DNA of 64,000 nt, from the NCBI GenBank assembly GCA_000091205.1, contig AP006487.2; one strand, given 5' to 3'. Below are positions 34,091 through 47,348 of the stretch, piece by piece. The notes under the pieces were generated by a model. It was given only the letters and a program-made list of their open reading frames with translations. It did no database searches and was not told where the DNA came from. This DNA comes from Cyanidioschyzon merolae. Its lineage: Eukaryota. The stretch's first letter is position 1. Each line of letters starts with the position of its first letter. The translations under genes and the position numbers were made by a program.

Positions 34091-36087
34091 GCAAGGCCCT
34101 CCCGGGCGATTCCCGGCGCTGTGCGCGAGCCCCGATCGTATGCACGCTGCCGCTGGCTAGCGTCTGAGCCCTGGTACGTTCTCTCCTCCGTCTTGTGCAG
34201 ACGATGCAGCGAGCCGTGCCTAGGATGCTTCAATCAAGTACTGGCCAACTTCGGACCGGGCGCGGGTGCTCGTCAGGGACGACTTTGTGGAAAGCTGGGT
34301 CTCGGCGTTGCAGTGCGTTCCACAGCTGTCAATCGTTGAGTGCTGAGAACCTTTATCAGCCCGCATCTCTGGCGCTGAGAACAGAGAATCGCCAAATCCG
34401 TCGTCTGGTAACGGTGGAGCCAGCGGGCGCGTCTCTTGGACGCACCGTGACAGGGCGCTTCCGCCCGGTTTTGGCGTTGGAACGCGTCGCTGCTGAGGCG
34501 GTCGGTCGGCTGGAAACGCGCAGCTTCACTTACCGCCGAGCTGGATGTACTTCAGGCCTGCTCCAGCTTCTTCTGGATGGAAAAAAAGCTCTAGATGATA
34601 CATAGATTCACCGGTTGGCTCCAGTTCTGCAGAGCGTGTGATGGAAGGCTCTCGCAGAGCTGAGCTGGCCGACATGCTGGCTTGCTGAAACAACTACTGT
34701 ACGCACCAGTGCGGTGTGTTGGTACACTGGCGGAAAAACGTGTGACGATTCGAGATGAAACCAGCAGTGGATAGTTCAGGCTCTCGTGATTAGAATATAC
34801 GCCGTGGGACTTGAAAGTATTTGAGCTCGTCTCCCTCAGGACATGTGCGGCTTCCTGGGTCTGAGGTTTGGAAACGAAGGACCGCAACGATGGGGCATTG
34901 CGCTCTCGAGAAACAAAGCACATTTCATTCGCTACGTTTCCATCATCACGCAGAAACCAGGACGGTAATCAGTACCGAATATCGGGCACTGCGCTTTGGA
35001 AACGACGCAGATTTCGTTGGTTATGTTTCCATTAACACCAAGAAACCATACTGGTCTTTGGTACTGCGGTCGAGGCTATGACACTGCCTGTGGCCCGACA
35101 ATGCCACCATGTTGTCGCCTGGCGGAGCACTTTCCCCTGTGATGCCAATGGATATTTTGTTCTTTTGTGCTGGGCGATCGATGAGCGTACCCAGAGTTCC
35201 CCGCATGCGCAATGATTACCAGCAACTGCAGGAGAGATCTTAGGCATGGTCGGGACGCTTCGGTGTACCTCAACATTCAGAGCAGCTTCTATTTTCGTGC
35301 ATTCGAGCTGAATCGATCCAGCGTACCTTCGGGCGTTGAGTCTCGTGTAGGACGCATGCTGCACCGGTGGACGTGCAGTCGCAGTCGCTTCGATGGCATC
35401 GGCTCGATACTCCGGTGTCTGGTGGAACCTGCGCCGGCGTTCTTCGCAAGCGTGGCCCGAATCAACAGCGAATCCCAAAGAGTCCAGCAAGGACGCGTCC
35501 ACAAATCTAAAGCGTAGCATCCAGTGTTCTACCAAAAAGTGCCAACCTTTGCCTGGTACACGGCGCTGGATCCCAGGAGCAGGCATGAACAGCACCGGCC
35601 TGTTTAAGAGTCCTCGAGTTCTGGCTCCGTGTTCAACCTCATAATGCGCAGCACTAGCGCAACTTTTTTGCCTGCAGCAATGCGAAGGAAAAGCGATAGT
35701 CGCAAATGTGGTATTCTTGAAAGGCCATAATTTTTACCGCATACGCAGATACCGTGAAAGCGTGCTGAGAAGCTATCTCAGGAAATGCACCGGAACACCC
35801 GGAACTCAACTGCAATATTCCCCAGCATATTCTAGTGGAACGTGCATACCAACCAAAATTCGATATCCAAGCAACGACAGGTTGCAGAGCGCAGACGCAC
35901 CAAGTTCCGCGCTTGCCGCACGAGTCTGAATTTGAATGCCACTGATCCGCCCAGCTGGACAACGCATTCGCGCTGCAAACGCTGAGCGAGCTGGTACCGG
36001 TGCCCGCAACGTTTAAACTGTGCTGAGCAGCGCGATACCATATAAATCCACAGCACGCGCGTTGAGCCACTGTCGGTGTCGGCGGTA

Positions 36088-36939
36088 TCAAAACAACAGT
36101 AAGCACATAATGACGAACATGCCAAGCATGAGCAGCATGCGGCTCACCATCGCTTGCGTTGCATCTTCAGTCTGTACAGAAACTGGGACTCCTCCGTAAG
36201 CGCCTGAGTCACCAGGATTCACCCGAGCTGCGGTCGAAGATGTAGCGCTCGGCGCTCCCGTGGGCGGCTGCGGCGGGAAGGTGAACTGAACGCCGAATAT
36301 AGAGGGAAACAGTCCGAACGGAGTGAAAGATATACCGCCCGCCGTGCCGTACGGCATGAAGCTGCCCGCACCGACGCCGACGTTCCAGTCGCTGAGGTGC
36401 TCTGCTCCCGGCCGCAGCGGCGGAAGCGCTCCGTTGGCAGTCTGGGGTGGAGGTTCGACCCGCCTCGCGGCAGGCCGCGGTGGAATCGCTTCATTTGGCC
36501 TGGCGACCTTCGTCTGCTGCTTCGGGGCATCGCTGACGTCCTCGCGTGTGCGCCCGCGTCCGTAAAGCGGAATGACTCGTTCCCGATCCACCAGCGACTT
36601 GCAAACCGGACACGTCGCGTGTTGCGCCATCCAGCGGTGCAGGCACGACCAGCAGAACAAGTGCCCACACATGGTGACCACAGGATCCTCCAGCGGCACC
36701 TCAAAACAGATGGAGCAGTCAAACGGTTGCTCACTGCTTGACGCTACTGAGGATGCCGCCGCTGGTCGCTTGGCTGCGGCGTCTGTCGCCTCCGCATCCA
36801 GAGACTTGGACAGTTCAGACGTGCCGTGTGCGCTCGCCTCGAACCCTGTGTCGTCTGGGGAGTGCACAGGTGCACGTGTGTCCCCTGTCAAAGGTACCGC
36901 GTCGGTAGGCGACCGGTTGACCTGGCCGCTCTCCGCCAT
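36088..36939 (-). CDS. RING-type E3 ubiquitin ligase, RNF5/RNF185 (RMA1) family, C-terminal TM anchor
   Basis: CSICFEVPLEDPVVTMCGHLFCWSCLHRWMAQHATCPVCKSLVDRERVIPLYGRG is a near-canonical RNF5-type C3HC4 RING; C-terminal hydrophobic anchor VSRMLLMLGMFVIMCLLLF. Confidence 0.85.
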   Translation of the reverse strand: MAESGQVNRSPTDAVPLTGDTRAPVHSPDDTGFEASAHGTSELSKSLDAEATDAAAKRPAAASSVASSSEQPFDCSICFEVPLEDPVVTMCGHLFCWSCLHRWMAQHATCPVCKSLVDRERVIPLYGRGRTREDVSDAPKQQTKVARPNEAIPPRPAARRVEPPPQTANGALPPLRPGAEHLSDWNVGVGAGSFMPYGTAGGISFTPFGLFPSIFGVQFTFPPQPPTGAPSATSSTAARVNPGDSGAYGGVPVSVQTEDATQAMVSRMLLMLGMFVIMCLLLF

Positions 36940-38762
36940 CGCTTACAACTCACGTCGTTTCGGTGCCGCTCAAGCGCAACACTGGATACCGTTTGCACCA
37001 CGCTGCGCCTCCGCTGCGTCACGTTTCGGGAAGCGCGTGCGACGCTCCAGCGGCGGGGCATCTCGCGAGGCGCCGGCGGCGGCAGCCGCAGTGCACGCAT
37101 CCGTTGACGGTTCATCTGTTCGGGAGCGCGCCTGCCAGCTGTTCACTTCAATTGCGTTCCACGTTCGAGTGCGTGTCGCATCGAATGCCTTGACGCGGTG
37201 TACCGTAGACACGCTCGACGTGCGCTCGTTCAACCATCGAGTCCATAAACGGCAGTCACAGCGTTGCGATGTCGTTTCCGCTGATACCGGTTACTGGGAA
37301 AGCACCGCTGCATCACGGTCCGCGCGATAGCCTCTGTGGCGTAGCGAGACTGTGACAATGAATGAGGGCTATGCGCGGCAGGCGTCGGACGCAAGCATGG
37401 CACTCGGCACGCACCAGTGTCGTTGCGTATACCTGCGAGCGAGCTGCAGACTGGCACCTAGGCTGTGCACGGTGAATCAGCAACAGCTTCACACTGCGTC
37501 GGGACATTGGACAAGGCTCGTCGAGCAGGATCGGCATCACCATTCTACTTGGCGTAAGCTGTGGGGCGTCTCATATTCGCAGCTCCATTGCTCTGCTCGT
37601 TATGGGCGTACGCTGGATCCATCTCCCGCTTCTGACAGATCTATGCATTGGGTGTGCGCAAGTCAGCGCAGAGGGATATCGCAGGCAACACGCTCTGGCG
37701 TGGATAGAAGGTTTACACAGGAAGCGGAGCGTACGAGCTACCTATAATTTTCCAGGACCTGCAGTCCGAGTGTGCATGATGCATGCGTCGCGCAAGAAGA
37801 TATCTCTGGTCATCGGCAGCTTGCACTTTTGGACATCGCTGTTTCTCGCCGTCGGCATGCACGAGCGCACTTGGTTTCCTCGGTGACTCGAATGTCGGAG
37901 CTGCCCGGCAGACTCGCGTCGACGCAAACTTCAACGTTTCCGCGACGCTTTGCCTGCAGAGAGGGCCGAATCGCTCAACAGGGTGCCTGGAGCCGGAGCC
38001 CGGGGCGGGCGCCCAGAACCTCGGCAAGACTGAAGCGCTCCCTGATGGAGCCAGATGCGCTGTGGTCGGCTGATATCGCATTCGGAGCTCCGAAACGCGA
38101 GTTACGCAACCACCGCATCTACCGTCGCCCGTTTTCGAAACGGCTACCTCCAAGCTGTGACCCTGCCGTCCGTAGATGTATCAGGAAATCAGACTTGTGA
38201 TTCACTCTAAAAATCCAATAGGTTCAATGACTGAACCCGCTGCTGTTCATGGAGCAGAGTTCATGGACTTTATCAGAATCCTCCGGAATGTGTATGCGTT
38301 CCCGGTCAGACGGCGTACTGGGCACAGAGGTTGCCGCTCCAGCGGACGCGACAAATGCGTACAACGCATTTGCTCTTGGTGGCGAGCGGCATTCGCTGCT
38401 CACTCGTAACGACGACAGCGCATCCAGCGCCTGTGATTCATGCGTTCATTTTCGATTCCCGGCGAATGCCGGCTTCATCGAGACTTCGCGGCAGGGTGTC
38501 TTCCGGTGAGCGGCCGACACGCGAACCCCGAAACGAAACCACCGCATGAACTACTCTATGCGATTTTACCGCTGTTGCTTAACACCCAGAGTCCGAGGAC
38601 GTATACGAGCATCGAATGCATCGTTTCGTGGTCTTCCACACAGAGCAGCGCGAATGCAGGCAAGCGATGCGCGTTCCAGCGTCAGAGTTGCACAGGGCCG
38701 GTAAACGAGGACCCCACGAGCTCTCAGACCATCCGATCCTGTTGTTTATGAACTTGAGTCGT

Positions 38763-40277
38763 CTACGCAATTGCACGTTTACGGCGTACGTATCTTTGCA
38801 CGAGCTCCGCAAACTGCGTCGCTGGACAAGCCCTCTGAATGAACGGATGCGTCAGGAGCCGATCTACGCTCCAACGATCCATGGGTTGCATCGCGAGGCA
38901 GGAGTGTAAAAAGTGGTGAAATTCTGGGCTCCAGCGGGCAGCTTCCGCCAGCTTGGGCGGCCCTCGGGTCGTGATCAGGAACATGGCCCGGAGCGGTGTC
39001 TCTTTGATCCATGGAGGCTCGCCCTCGGCGCATTCTATGGCGAGAATCCCGAGGCTCCAGACGTCAACTTTGTAGTCGTACTCCATGCTTCTGATGAGTT
39101 CGGGCGCCATCCAAAACGGAGTGCCAACGCATGTCGTTCGCTTGTCGCGCTCTGGTGTCAACTGGGCACAATATCCAAAGTCAGCGAGCTTGATGGCCCC
39201 CGACGATTGACCAAGCAGACAGTTATCAGACTTGATATCACGATGGATGCGACGTAGGCGGTGCAGCTGACCGAGCGCAATCAGAACCTCTCGGCAGACA
39301 TAGGCGATCTCTGGCTCCGTCATTCGTTCACCATGCTCTGCCAGATCATAAAGCAAGTCTGTGAGACTGCCCCCGTCCATGTATTCGAGAACAATCCACA
39401 TCGTGTTGCGATGGAGAAACGCCTCGTGAACCTGCACGATGTTCGCGTGGCGAGTGCTATGCATCATGAAGATCTCCTGCTCGAGCGCGCTCATGACCTT
39501 TTCGGACCGAACTTCGACCCTTTTCATCGCAACAATTTTGGTTGGATCGGTTCGAGAGGCTGCCACATAGACAACGCCCATTGCACCCTCGCCCACTTTA
39601 CGCAGGCGCACGTAGACGTCGCTGGGGTCTCGTTCCTGAATGGCGGGAAAGCGTCCCGAGGCCCTCAGTACAGGCTCGCCCCCGGTTTGGCGTGCATCTT
39701 CGGGGCTCGTCTCAGTGAGCAGCTTCGCAGCCGAGTCATCCTGGTGGAGCGCGGTCCGTTCGTTGCGCTCTTTTAAGGCTGCGACTTGGCTGGGATGGTG
39801 CGTTGGCGACGCCGCCCCAGATCGACGCAAATGAAAGTCCATGATATCGCGTACGACTTGCGGATTCGTCAAGACCTCTGTGCGACTGATACCGTTGCCA
39901 ACGAGTAGGTGCTCCCACTCGCGTGGGAGGCCAGAAAATCCCGTCTCAGAGGTGAGGTCGCGGCGCACAGTCACTTTCTTGCGAACCTTGATCGGTGTCC
40001 CTATCTGGGGTGTTTCCTCAGTACTGTCGGATACATCGTTTTGTTTCGGTGCTGTGGGCTTCATATTCGGCTTTCTGGTGCTGGCCGTCCCCGGATCCGT
40101 CGCGTTGTCTGGCGCGTGGCGTGCACAAGACGGCTTGCGCTTCACTCCAGTCGAGGCGTGCGTCGGGGTTCTCGTCAACGCGCTTAAGGCAGCGAGACCC
40201 GCTAACGCGCGCAGTGCGCCTTCAGGTTCAGCAGAGGTCTCCGGGCTCTTGGAGCTGCGCTTCACTCGTGTCTTCAT
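38763..40277 (-). CDS. p21-activated (PAK/STE20-family) serine/threonine kinase
   Basis: Kinase domain VGEGAMGVVYVA, HRDIKSDNCLLG, DFGYCAQLTPERDKRTTCVGTPFWMAPE, VDVWSLGILAIECAEGEPPW; upstream PBD-like segment ETGFSGLPREWEHLLVGNGISRTEVLTNPQVVRDIMDFH resembles the PAK autoregulatory region. Confidence 0.9.
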   Translation of the reverse strand: MKTRVKRSSKSPETSAEPEGALRALAGLAALSALTRTPTHASTGVKRKPSCARHAPDNATDPGTASTRKPNMKPTAPKQNDVSDSTEETPQIGTPIKVRKKVTVRRDLTSETGFSGLPREWEHLLVGNGISRTEVLTNPQVVRDIMDFHLRRSGAASPTHHPSQVAALKERNERTALHQDDSAAKLLTETSPEDARQTGGEPVLRASGRFPAIQERDPSDVYVRLRKVGEGAMGVVYVAASRTDPTKIVAMKRVEVRSEKVMSALEQEIFMMHSTRHANIVQVHEAFLHRNTMWIVLEYMDGGSLTDLLYDLAEHGERMTEPEIAYVCREVLIALGQLHRLRRIHRDIKSDNCLLGQSSGAIKLADFGYCAQLTPERDKRTTCVGTPFWMAPELIRSMEYDYKVDVWSLGILAIECAEGEPPWIKETPLRAMFLITTRGPPKLAEAARWSPEFHHFLHSCLAMQPMDRWSVDRLLTHPFIQRACPATQFAELVQRYVRRKRAIA

Positions 40278-41799
40278 CCGCAGTCACCGAAAGCCTTCAC
40301 AAACGCAAGCACAATGCGGGCGCTGGAACGCACCACCGGAGGTGCTCAGCTTCCGGAGGATCCCGATACACGTCGCGATGGCGGACACGCGGGCATTCGA
40401 ACAGCGGCCGCCGTCGGCATCGCGCACACCCAGCGCACACACTGCAACGGCCGGGGTGCGGCGGCGCTCATCAGGGACGGATCAGCGCCGGCGTGCTGTC
40501 CTCCGGCGCGGGGCTGTCGACAGCCGTAGAGCGCCCGCCGTTCCCGCGGCTGGAGAGGCGGCGGCGCTCGCAGTTCCCGCTGCACCCTGGTGCGAGTCCG
40601 GGAGCCTGCACCTTCAGGTTGCAGCACTGAGGGCGGTGGGGATCGGCGTGGGCGCGCCCAGCTCCACAGCATGGCAGGTCTCTGCATGGAGTGCATTTGC
40701 ACAAGAAAGTCGCATCGAGGACTCTGCGTATCTGGACTGCATGTGCGCTTTGCCGATACACGTATACCAGAATAAGACGGAACAGGTCCACGCAGCGAAC
40801 ACGGGCGTGCCTAATAAAGTTTTGATCGCTTCCCGTAAGAGTCAACACAAGATTTTGTGCGTATTTTTGTGACTTGTTATTTTTATTGCTCTTTTTTTGC
40901 TGAATTTCAATGTGCTGGTCTCTAATGTGTCTGCAGCTCCGTTTGTCAGCAGTCGAAGAATGCTGATGGCAGCGTTCTCCTCCCGAGTTCGCAGCATTCG
41001 ATTCTCATTCACGCATTTCGAACAGGCAGGCTGAAGTTGCGATCTCGGCTGCGCTTGTCATGATCATATCCTTTGTAGACAGCCTCAGTGCGCCCTTTGC
41101 AGCATGAACCTTGGCCACGGTCAGTGATTACCGTACGTGCACGACACGACACCTCTTCCGAAAAATGCCCTGTGCCGCACCAAGGAATGCTTCGCTGATC
41201 GGTGTGCGCGTTTGACTGGTACAGAGGGCCCGATGTGTTCCCTGTATTCGTTTTCGCGCCCGGTGCCGTGTTCTCCGATCATGGGCTTGCTCATGGCGAT
41301 CCTTCCAGGGTGTACGCTATCCCCTGCACGCACACGCTGTAACATTGGATGGGCGATTTTTTTGGAACGCGATCTTGTTCATGATGGAGCGGTTGGCGGA
41401 AGGGAATTCCAGGATGGTGAGCAATAGAAAAAATTTAGAGTCGTTTATGTTCAGTTCCTAGAACGCAGTGACATACTCTCTACTCTGAGTAATCGCCGCA
41501 ATGACTGGTGTGCAGCACGAGTCGTTGCTTCCGCTGTGAGCGGCGAGGCTGGATATCGGCGTCATGGCTGGTGCCTGCTCGCAGACGGGTGCTGCGATGG
41601 TCACCTGGCACCGCTTATGGCACCCAGAGAACCGCTTCTGCTGCACGTTCGAACAGACGACGGAGCCAGCGGACCTCTGTGACGACCTCGAAAGCTAGCC
41701 AGGTATTCCAGCTCCTTTGGCGGTGTTCCGCGACGGTTTCATCTCGGCAATGATGCAGCGGATGCACCTCGAGGACAATGGAAACCTACGCTTATCGAA

Positions 41800-42485
41800 G
41801 TCTGAGCGCGTCTTGTCGCAACGAACTCCAGAGACTGGCATGTTTCGCGTCTCGCATGATACGCTGGCCTCGTTTTAATGTTGCACCTCATTTGTGTTCC
41901 GCTTGCAGGTGCGTGTCATCAAGTGCTTCCTCGCGGGTTATAGCGGACGTGTTCAAAGAGCGTCCATTTTCAAAAATAAACTATCCTAGGGAGATGTGTA
42001 TGTATGAAAATCGGGGATCCTGATGTGCTAGTGTCGCCGGTTTCAACAGAAAAAACGAAAAATTCTCTTCTCACCGACCATCGAGCGAAGGAGAGCAAGT
42101 TTTATGAAAAAGTAGAAAAAGAGAGGAACGGCGGGTGAAAAGTTTTTGTATGCCTGATGTGACGATTACGAGACTGTAACGGGACAGAGGGCACACTGAC
42201 GAAGGCGCCTTGCATTGATGAGTCCCATCAGAGGCAGCAAACGCATGGAATTCGTGAACAGAGACTTGAACTCCGCCATCAAAATCAGACCATTTGTGTT
42301 ACAAAAGGCGAGGCGCGCGGAACTTACGTTAGCGAAAGGTTTGGGACAGCCTCTCAGGTTCGAAGTGTACACGGGACAAATTGAAACCGATATCTGGTTG
42401 CTGGTCAGAAAAAGGCTTCGAGGCGCCTGTGAGTGCGTATCATTTTCCCCTGTCGAGCCGACGCTCTCTGTGGTGCGGCATAGCC
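41800..42485 (+). pseudogene. TnpB/Fanzor-like relic B (~680-bp element; subfamily with relic D)
   Basis: Encodes SKRMEFVNRDLNSAIKIRPFVL; shares ~680 bp of nucleotide homology with 54380-55055 (e.g. gtgtcatcaa[a/g]tgc, atcgagcgaag[ga]aga[gc]caag, acagagggcac, gcattgatg) both upstream and downstream of the RuvC-III-coding segment. Confidence 0.45.
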
Positions 42486-43099
42486 GTTCTGTCTCCGTGC
42501 AAGGACCGCATCGGCCCTGTAGACGCTATCGCCGACGCTCTGGGCATGCACTCGGCGCACGATAGAACGTACGGAACGACCATTATATCCGAGAGAAAGT
42601 ATGGGTTACGGAACGTGGAAGTAAGGCGTGGAATGAGGGATACCTTACAGCGCGCTGATGACGAGCGCAGAATCCGAGAACGCTCGCCACAGCAACCACT
42701 TTGGCATTTTTTCACTGACAAAACGTTTACTTAGGCCAGCGTTCTCCGATTATGCGCTTTTTTCTTTTCTTTCTTTTTTTTCAGTGCGAGGTGAGGTATC
42801 CATCAACCCCCTACCTCCATGTTACATTACCTATACTTCGTCTCGGATATTCTGGTCGTTTCATACGTCCTATCGTGTGTGCCTAGTACCTGCCGTTCCG
42901 TATTCGCGTCTGCGCTTGAACCGCTGGAGCAGATAGCTCATAGGGCTAAAACAGCTTTTCTATACCACAGAGGGCGTCGGCTCGAGGTGTGCTTCATCCG
43001 ACGTAGAATCGGGTCTCGTCGTCAGTTTGTGCTCGTACAGTCTGCGGATGCAGGCTTGCCTTCGCTGCACGACACGCTGGAGAAACTTGGTTGTTAGGA

Positions 43100-46000
43100 T
43101 GAATTCTGGGAGCTGCCTCTCTCCTTCGTGATCATGCATGGAATGCATTGTTGTCGGTTGGCTATGCGGATTTGTGCTTGACACCCACTACAGAAGGAAG
43201 GCGTAGAGAGCACTAAACCCGTGTGCGCATCCGATCCGCTGGACCTTCCGCCTAGAAGGTAGCACGTGAGTTTGTTGGCCACTAATGAGCACTGAGGATC
43301 TGTTAGCGAACCATCAGTTGCCAGTGCTGCACTCAGAGTGAGTGTCCGGCCTTCGACTATCACGGTGTTGCCGAGCTGCTGCTGTCCTTCGAGGAGCTCG
43401 CTGCGCTCCTGCTTCTAGCGCGGCCACTGTAGGCCTAAATATGTCAGCGTCTCGGGGATTTCGTCTCGATAGCAGGTACAGTGTGACTCCCAGTGCGATT
43501 CCAGGGTTCCTATCCGGCTTAGAGCCGGTGCTGGTAGCCAGGAGCCACCAACGCTGATTTTGGCGAGCCACTGGGTACCTCGAGCAAGTCCCGGGAATTC
43601 CAGCGCCTCCCACCAGTAATTGCATGTGTATGCTAGGTTGTAGTTCCGGTATAGAGTCAAGCCGGCGTTACTCGCGCGACTGGTACTGTATCTACGTTCC
43701 CATATTGTTGTTCGGACCGTTCGCTTGAGGCGACGGGAGAATTCTATATTCCTGGGGAATGATTGGGTAGCGTGTTTTCGCCTAAGAGGCGCTTCAGCCA
43801 AATCTGCGCTGATTTCATCCAAGTGATCTTGCGGTGCGTTGGGGTCTGCATGGATATCCGACTGAACCAGGTGTTCATGGTTGGCCCTTTGCCCCATATG
43901 CGTGCCCGGCAGCCTGCTGCTATCGCCTCTGTCGAGGGTATTTGGAGTTCAAGTCCGAGTGCCAGCAGGTTGGTTGCTCTGCTCTGCATTGAGCATCCAA
44001 CTACAACGAGTCGCATTGCCCTGTTGGCGGCTGTCTGCAGACGCGAGGCATTTGTGTGCTTCATGCCGCACCATTCAGCACCACAGGTCGCAGGCTGGAT
44101 GATACATATCCTTAGTGCGCTGGTACGGATTGCTAAGGGGATAGAGGGGTCGGATAAGAATGGGCATGCGATCGCTGTACGTCTATGCATCTTGGCGATC
44201 ATCTCGTTAACGTGTGCCTTTTCGTCGAGCGTCGGCGTGAGACAGACCCTAGGTAGCGATATTTTTCCACGATTGGAATTTCCTGATTCTGCAACCGCCA
44301 CGAGCGATTGCGAATGCTCTGCGAGTCTCCATGGATGGCCATGACGCCGCACTTCGATGCTCCTATGCTCATCTCCCAGCGATCGGCCCAGGCGCTGACT
44401 TGTTCCATGCTAGCCGCAAGCGTTTCCGGGGCGGGTGCCAACAGCACGACATCGTCCGCAAATAGAAGGCCTGCGAGGCGGTTCCCATATGGGCGCTCCC
44501 CATCGGGCATCTCCACAGTCTATCCACGGCACCTCAAGCCCGTATTGTCTGTAGTTGTTAAGCAGATCGTTGATGAAGATGTTGAAAAGGAGCGGGGATG
44601 CAGGATCGCCCTGTCGCAGTCCACGGCGGATTCTTATCGAAGGGGTTCTTGAGCCGTCGCCTAGTCGGATGCGCATCCACGAGTCTGCATAGAGCGCACG
44701 GAAGAACGCTAAGCACTTTGCGGAGACTCCGGCTCGTTCCATCTTCATAAATGGAGCCTCATGCGGGAACGTGTCAAAGGCCTTTTGGAAGTCGACGAAG
44801 CATACGTAAGTTGGTTGTTGGTCGCTAATGAAGCGACGTTGCACCACTTCAATGAGGGTCAGGGCATGGTTCATGCACTCCTCGTGGCTCCGGAATCCAG
44901 CCTGTTCTGGGGCGAAGAACTTGCGTTCCTGGAGGCCGCTGTGGATACGGTTCGTGAGCATGGCGCGAAGTAGCTTCATGATTGACGGGATGAGGCGCAT
45001 AGTCCGGTAGATGTTCATGTCTGTGTGTGTGTGGGAGTCCTTTTTGAGGATCGGTACGACCTCGACAGCCCTCCGTACATCTGGGATGTACGCTTCTTCA
45101 AACATGCGTTGAATGAGCTCCAGAAGGCGTTTGCCTAAGATTGTGTCAGGTTCATCTGGTATCGATGGTGTCCCTGTTGTCCCGTCTTTTGGGGTCGCCA
45201 GTTTCATCCACTCCGCAGGGATACCGTCGATGCCAGGTGTTTTGCGATTGCTTGAGCATAGCAGAGTCCGAACAGATTCAGGCCAGAAAATTGGGTCGTT
45301 CCATTCCGGTACCGGGTCGAGGCGCGGTAGTTCTGCAGCATATCGGTGCCAATAGATTCGGTCTTAGCAGTGCCCAGTTGCGTCTTCATGTAATTCTGTG
45401 CCGTGGTCCGTCCAGGCCTCATTCACTGAGGCACGCTCCGTCCTCAGCGCTTCCTTTTAACAGTTGGTGTGAGCCCCAAGCACTTTCTTGGTGGGTCCAG
45501 TCTCGATCGGATGTAGCCTGGGGTTTCATCTTCGTTGGTGCTCTTCAGCATAGATTCCGCCAGGGAGGCCATTTTGCGGTTTCGATCCTCTCGTTTGTCT
45601 TCTCTGGAAAGTTTCTTCGTTCTTTTGATAGCTTCCTCATGTTGCGCCTGTAGCGCCGGTAGCGCTGCCTTCGCTTCCTTGTCTCCGGCGTTGGCGCGTA
45701 TGGCGGTGCGGTTGACAATCTTGTTGAGTCGGTGGCATTCATGAATCCGAGTTTTGGTACGTCGTTTGAGGTACTGCGGCTTGCTACTGTTGTGTTCAGG
45801 TGCAAGCAGTCCCAATTTTCTGGCAATCTTCTGATTCCCATCTACAAACTCGCGTGCCAATTGGTCTGAAGATTTGTATTCACGGCTTTTCGGATCTTCA
45901 GCGCTGTGAGCAGGTGCCTGGGATTGGCGACGGCTTTCTTGAGTTCCAGCTGGGGTGCCCTTTCGGGGGATACCTTGTGATGGGCTCGTTTGGGAGTTCT

Positions 46001-46350
46001 TCTTTCTATTCTTCTGTTTTTTCTTGCTGGTCTACTTCTTCTTCGGGCTCTTTCCTGAGCTGCTTTCTCTGGTTATTTTGCATTTAAGGGGATCATGAGG
46101 TTTCTGTGTCTCTTTCTCCGTACCTCGTTGGGTCTCTTTTCCAATTGTAGAGTCCTCGACTTGTATCAGTTCTTCATTACTGTACTGGTAATTCGATATC
46201 TCGTGGTTAAATACCGAGGCGATCCCGCTAATATTCCATGATGCGAAACCTATCGAGTCGTAGCGCATAAGGGAATAGGAGTAACGCTGCGGTACTCCAG
46301 AGATACGTTGTCGATTTAGACGCAGCTTCCACAGGGTGTGTGAGAGCACA
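43100..46350 (-). mobile_element. Degenerate non-LTR retrotransposon (LINE) with APE endonuclease fragment and reverse transcriptase
   Basis: Minus-strand ORF fragments in series. 46032-46349 carries an APE N-terminal motif (IGFASWNISGIAS). 45444-45860 is the RT N-terminal region. 44410-45207 carries RT domains 1-5 (FRSHEECMNHAL, DFQKAFDTFPH, RGLRQGDPASPLLFNIFINDL). 44199-44516 carries FADD (LLFADDVVLLA). 43415-44352 carries the thumb/C-terminal region. Frameshifts occur between fragments. Confidence 0.8.
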
Positions 46351-47348
46351 TGCCACCATTGCCTCCTGCATTCCAGTCGTTCACTGAGTGTCTGCCGCAG
46401 CGCTAGCGTAGAATCAGATGTACATTAGTCAAGGTCGATTCGAATGCGAACTTTGTCTTTCCGGACGCGTGAAGCTACCCTCAACCATTGGGAAAAGTCT
46501 GCAAACCACCATTTCAGCGGCTTTGTATCCGCTCCCCAAACACATAGGCGGGCAAGTCGCTTATTCCACTTTCGACAGTGAGCATACTGCCAGCTGTCTT
46601 CCAAAGTATCCGCCGAGATTGTTTCCAAAGTTGAGGTAGGTACTCAAGGTAGAAGGTGAAACTGAGCCCGAATTCAGGGATGGATCCAGTATTTGTGCCC
46701 GAACCTGCAGCGTTGTTTCGGGAGCAGCGGATGACTGCGCTCAGAATTATCGTCATCATTCTCTGCTACTGCCTACGCCCCTCCGTTCGTTGCGGTCAAG
46801 GCCCCTGGCGTGGACTTCCTTCGCAGTCGCTCAAGCACCCCGCGTTAACCCACTTTCAGAGGTTCTCCGGAAAGACTAGACCCCTTAGGCGGACGTGGTT
46901 TGTGGGGCTTTTAAGATAGTGGTTCCTTGATAAATAGTTTGCGACTAGTTTGCATCGCGCTCGGTGAGCGCACCTCGGAGATCGGGCAGGCATGAGACGC
47001 TACGCGCATGCCACTGTTGAAGGGAAACACGTGACCTTGATCAATAGCGTGTTGTTCTGCTGTAAAAGTCGGATTCCCGTTGAGGGCGTAGCAAAGTATA
47101 GTTTTCAGTTCATTTCTGTTTCAACCCTCAAGTAAAAATACTCGAGTGTTTTTTCGCAGTATATAAGAGAAGCGTTCAAAGAGCATTCTTTTTAAAAAAA
47201 CTAAAAAAAGGAAAAGTATGTAGGAGCAAGTCCACGATCCTGGAGGCCCACTGTCGCAGGCTGCCAGAAAGAAAACAAAAAACAGTGCCGAGTCCAGAAG
47301 AACAGGGAGAGAGAAGAAGAACCGAAGAGGGGAGGCCCTACGTCGAAG

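Noticed and set aside
42350-42375. tRNA genes (searched for B-box GGTTCGANTCC and D-loop signatures)
   Set aside because: Only partial B-box-like strings (e.g. ggttcgaagtg at ~42358) without a plausible cloverleaf context; nothing I can support as a tRNA without a folding tool.
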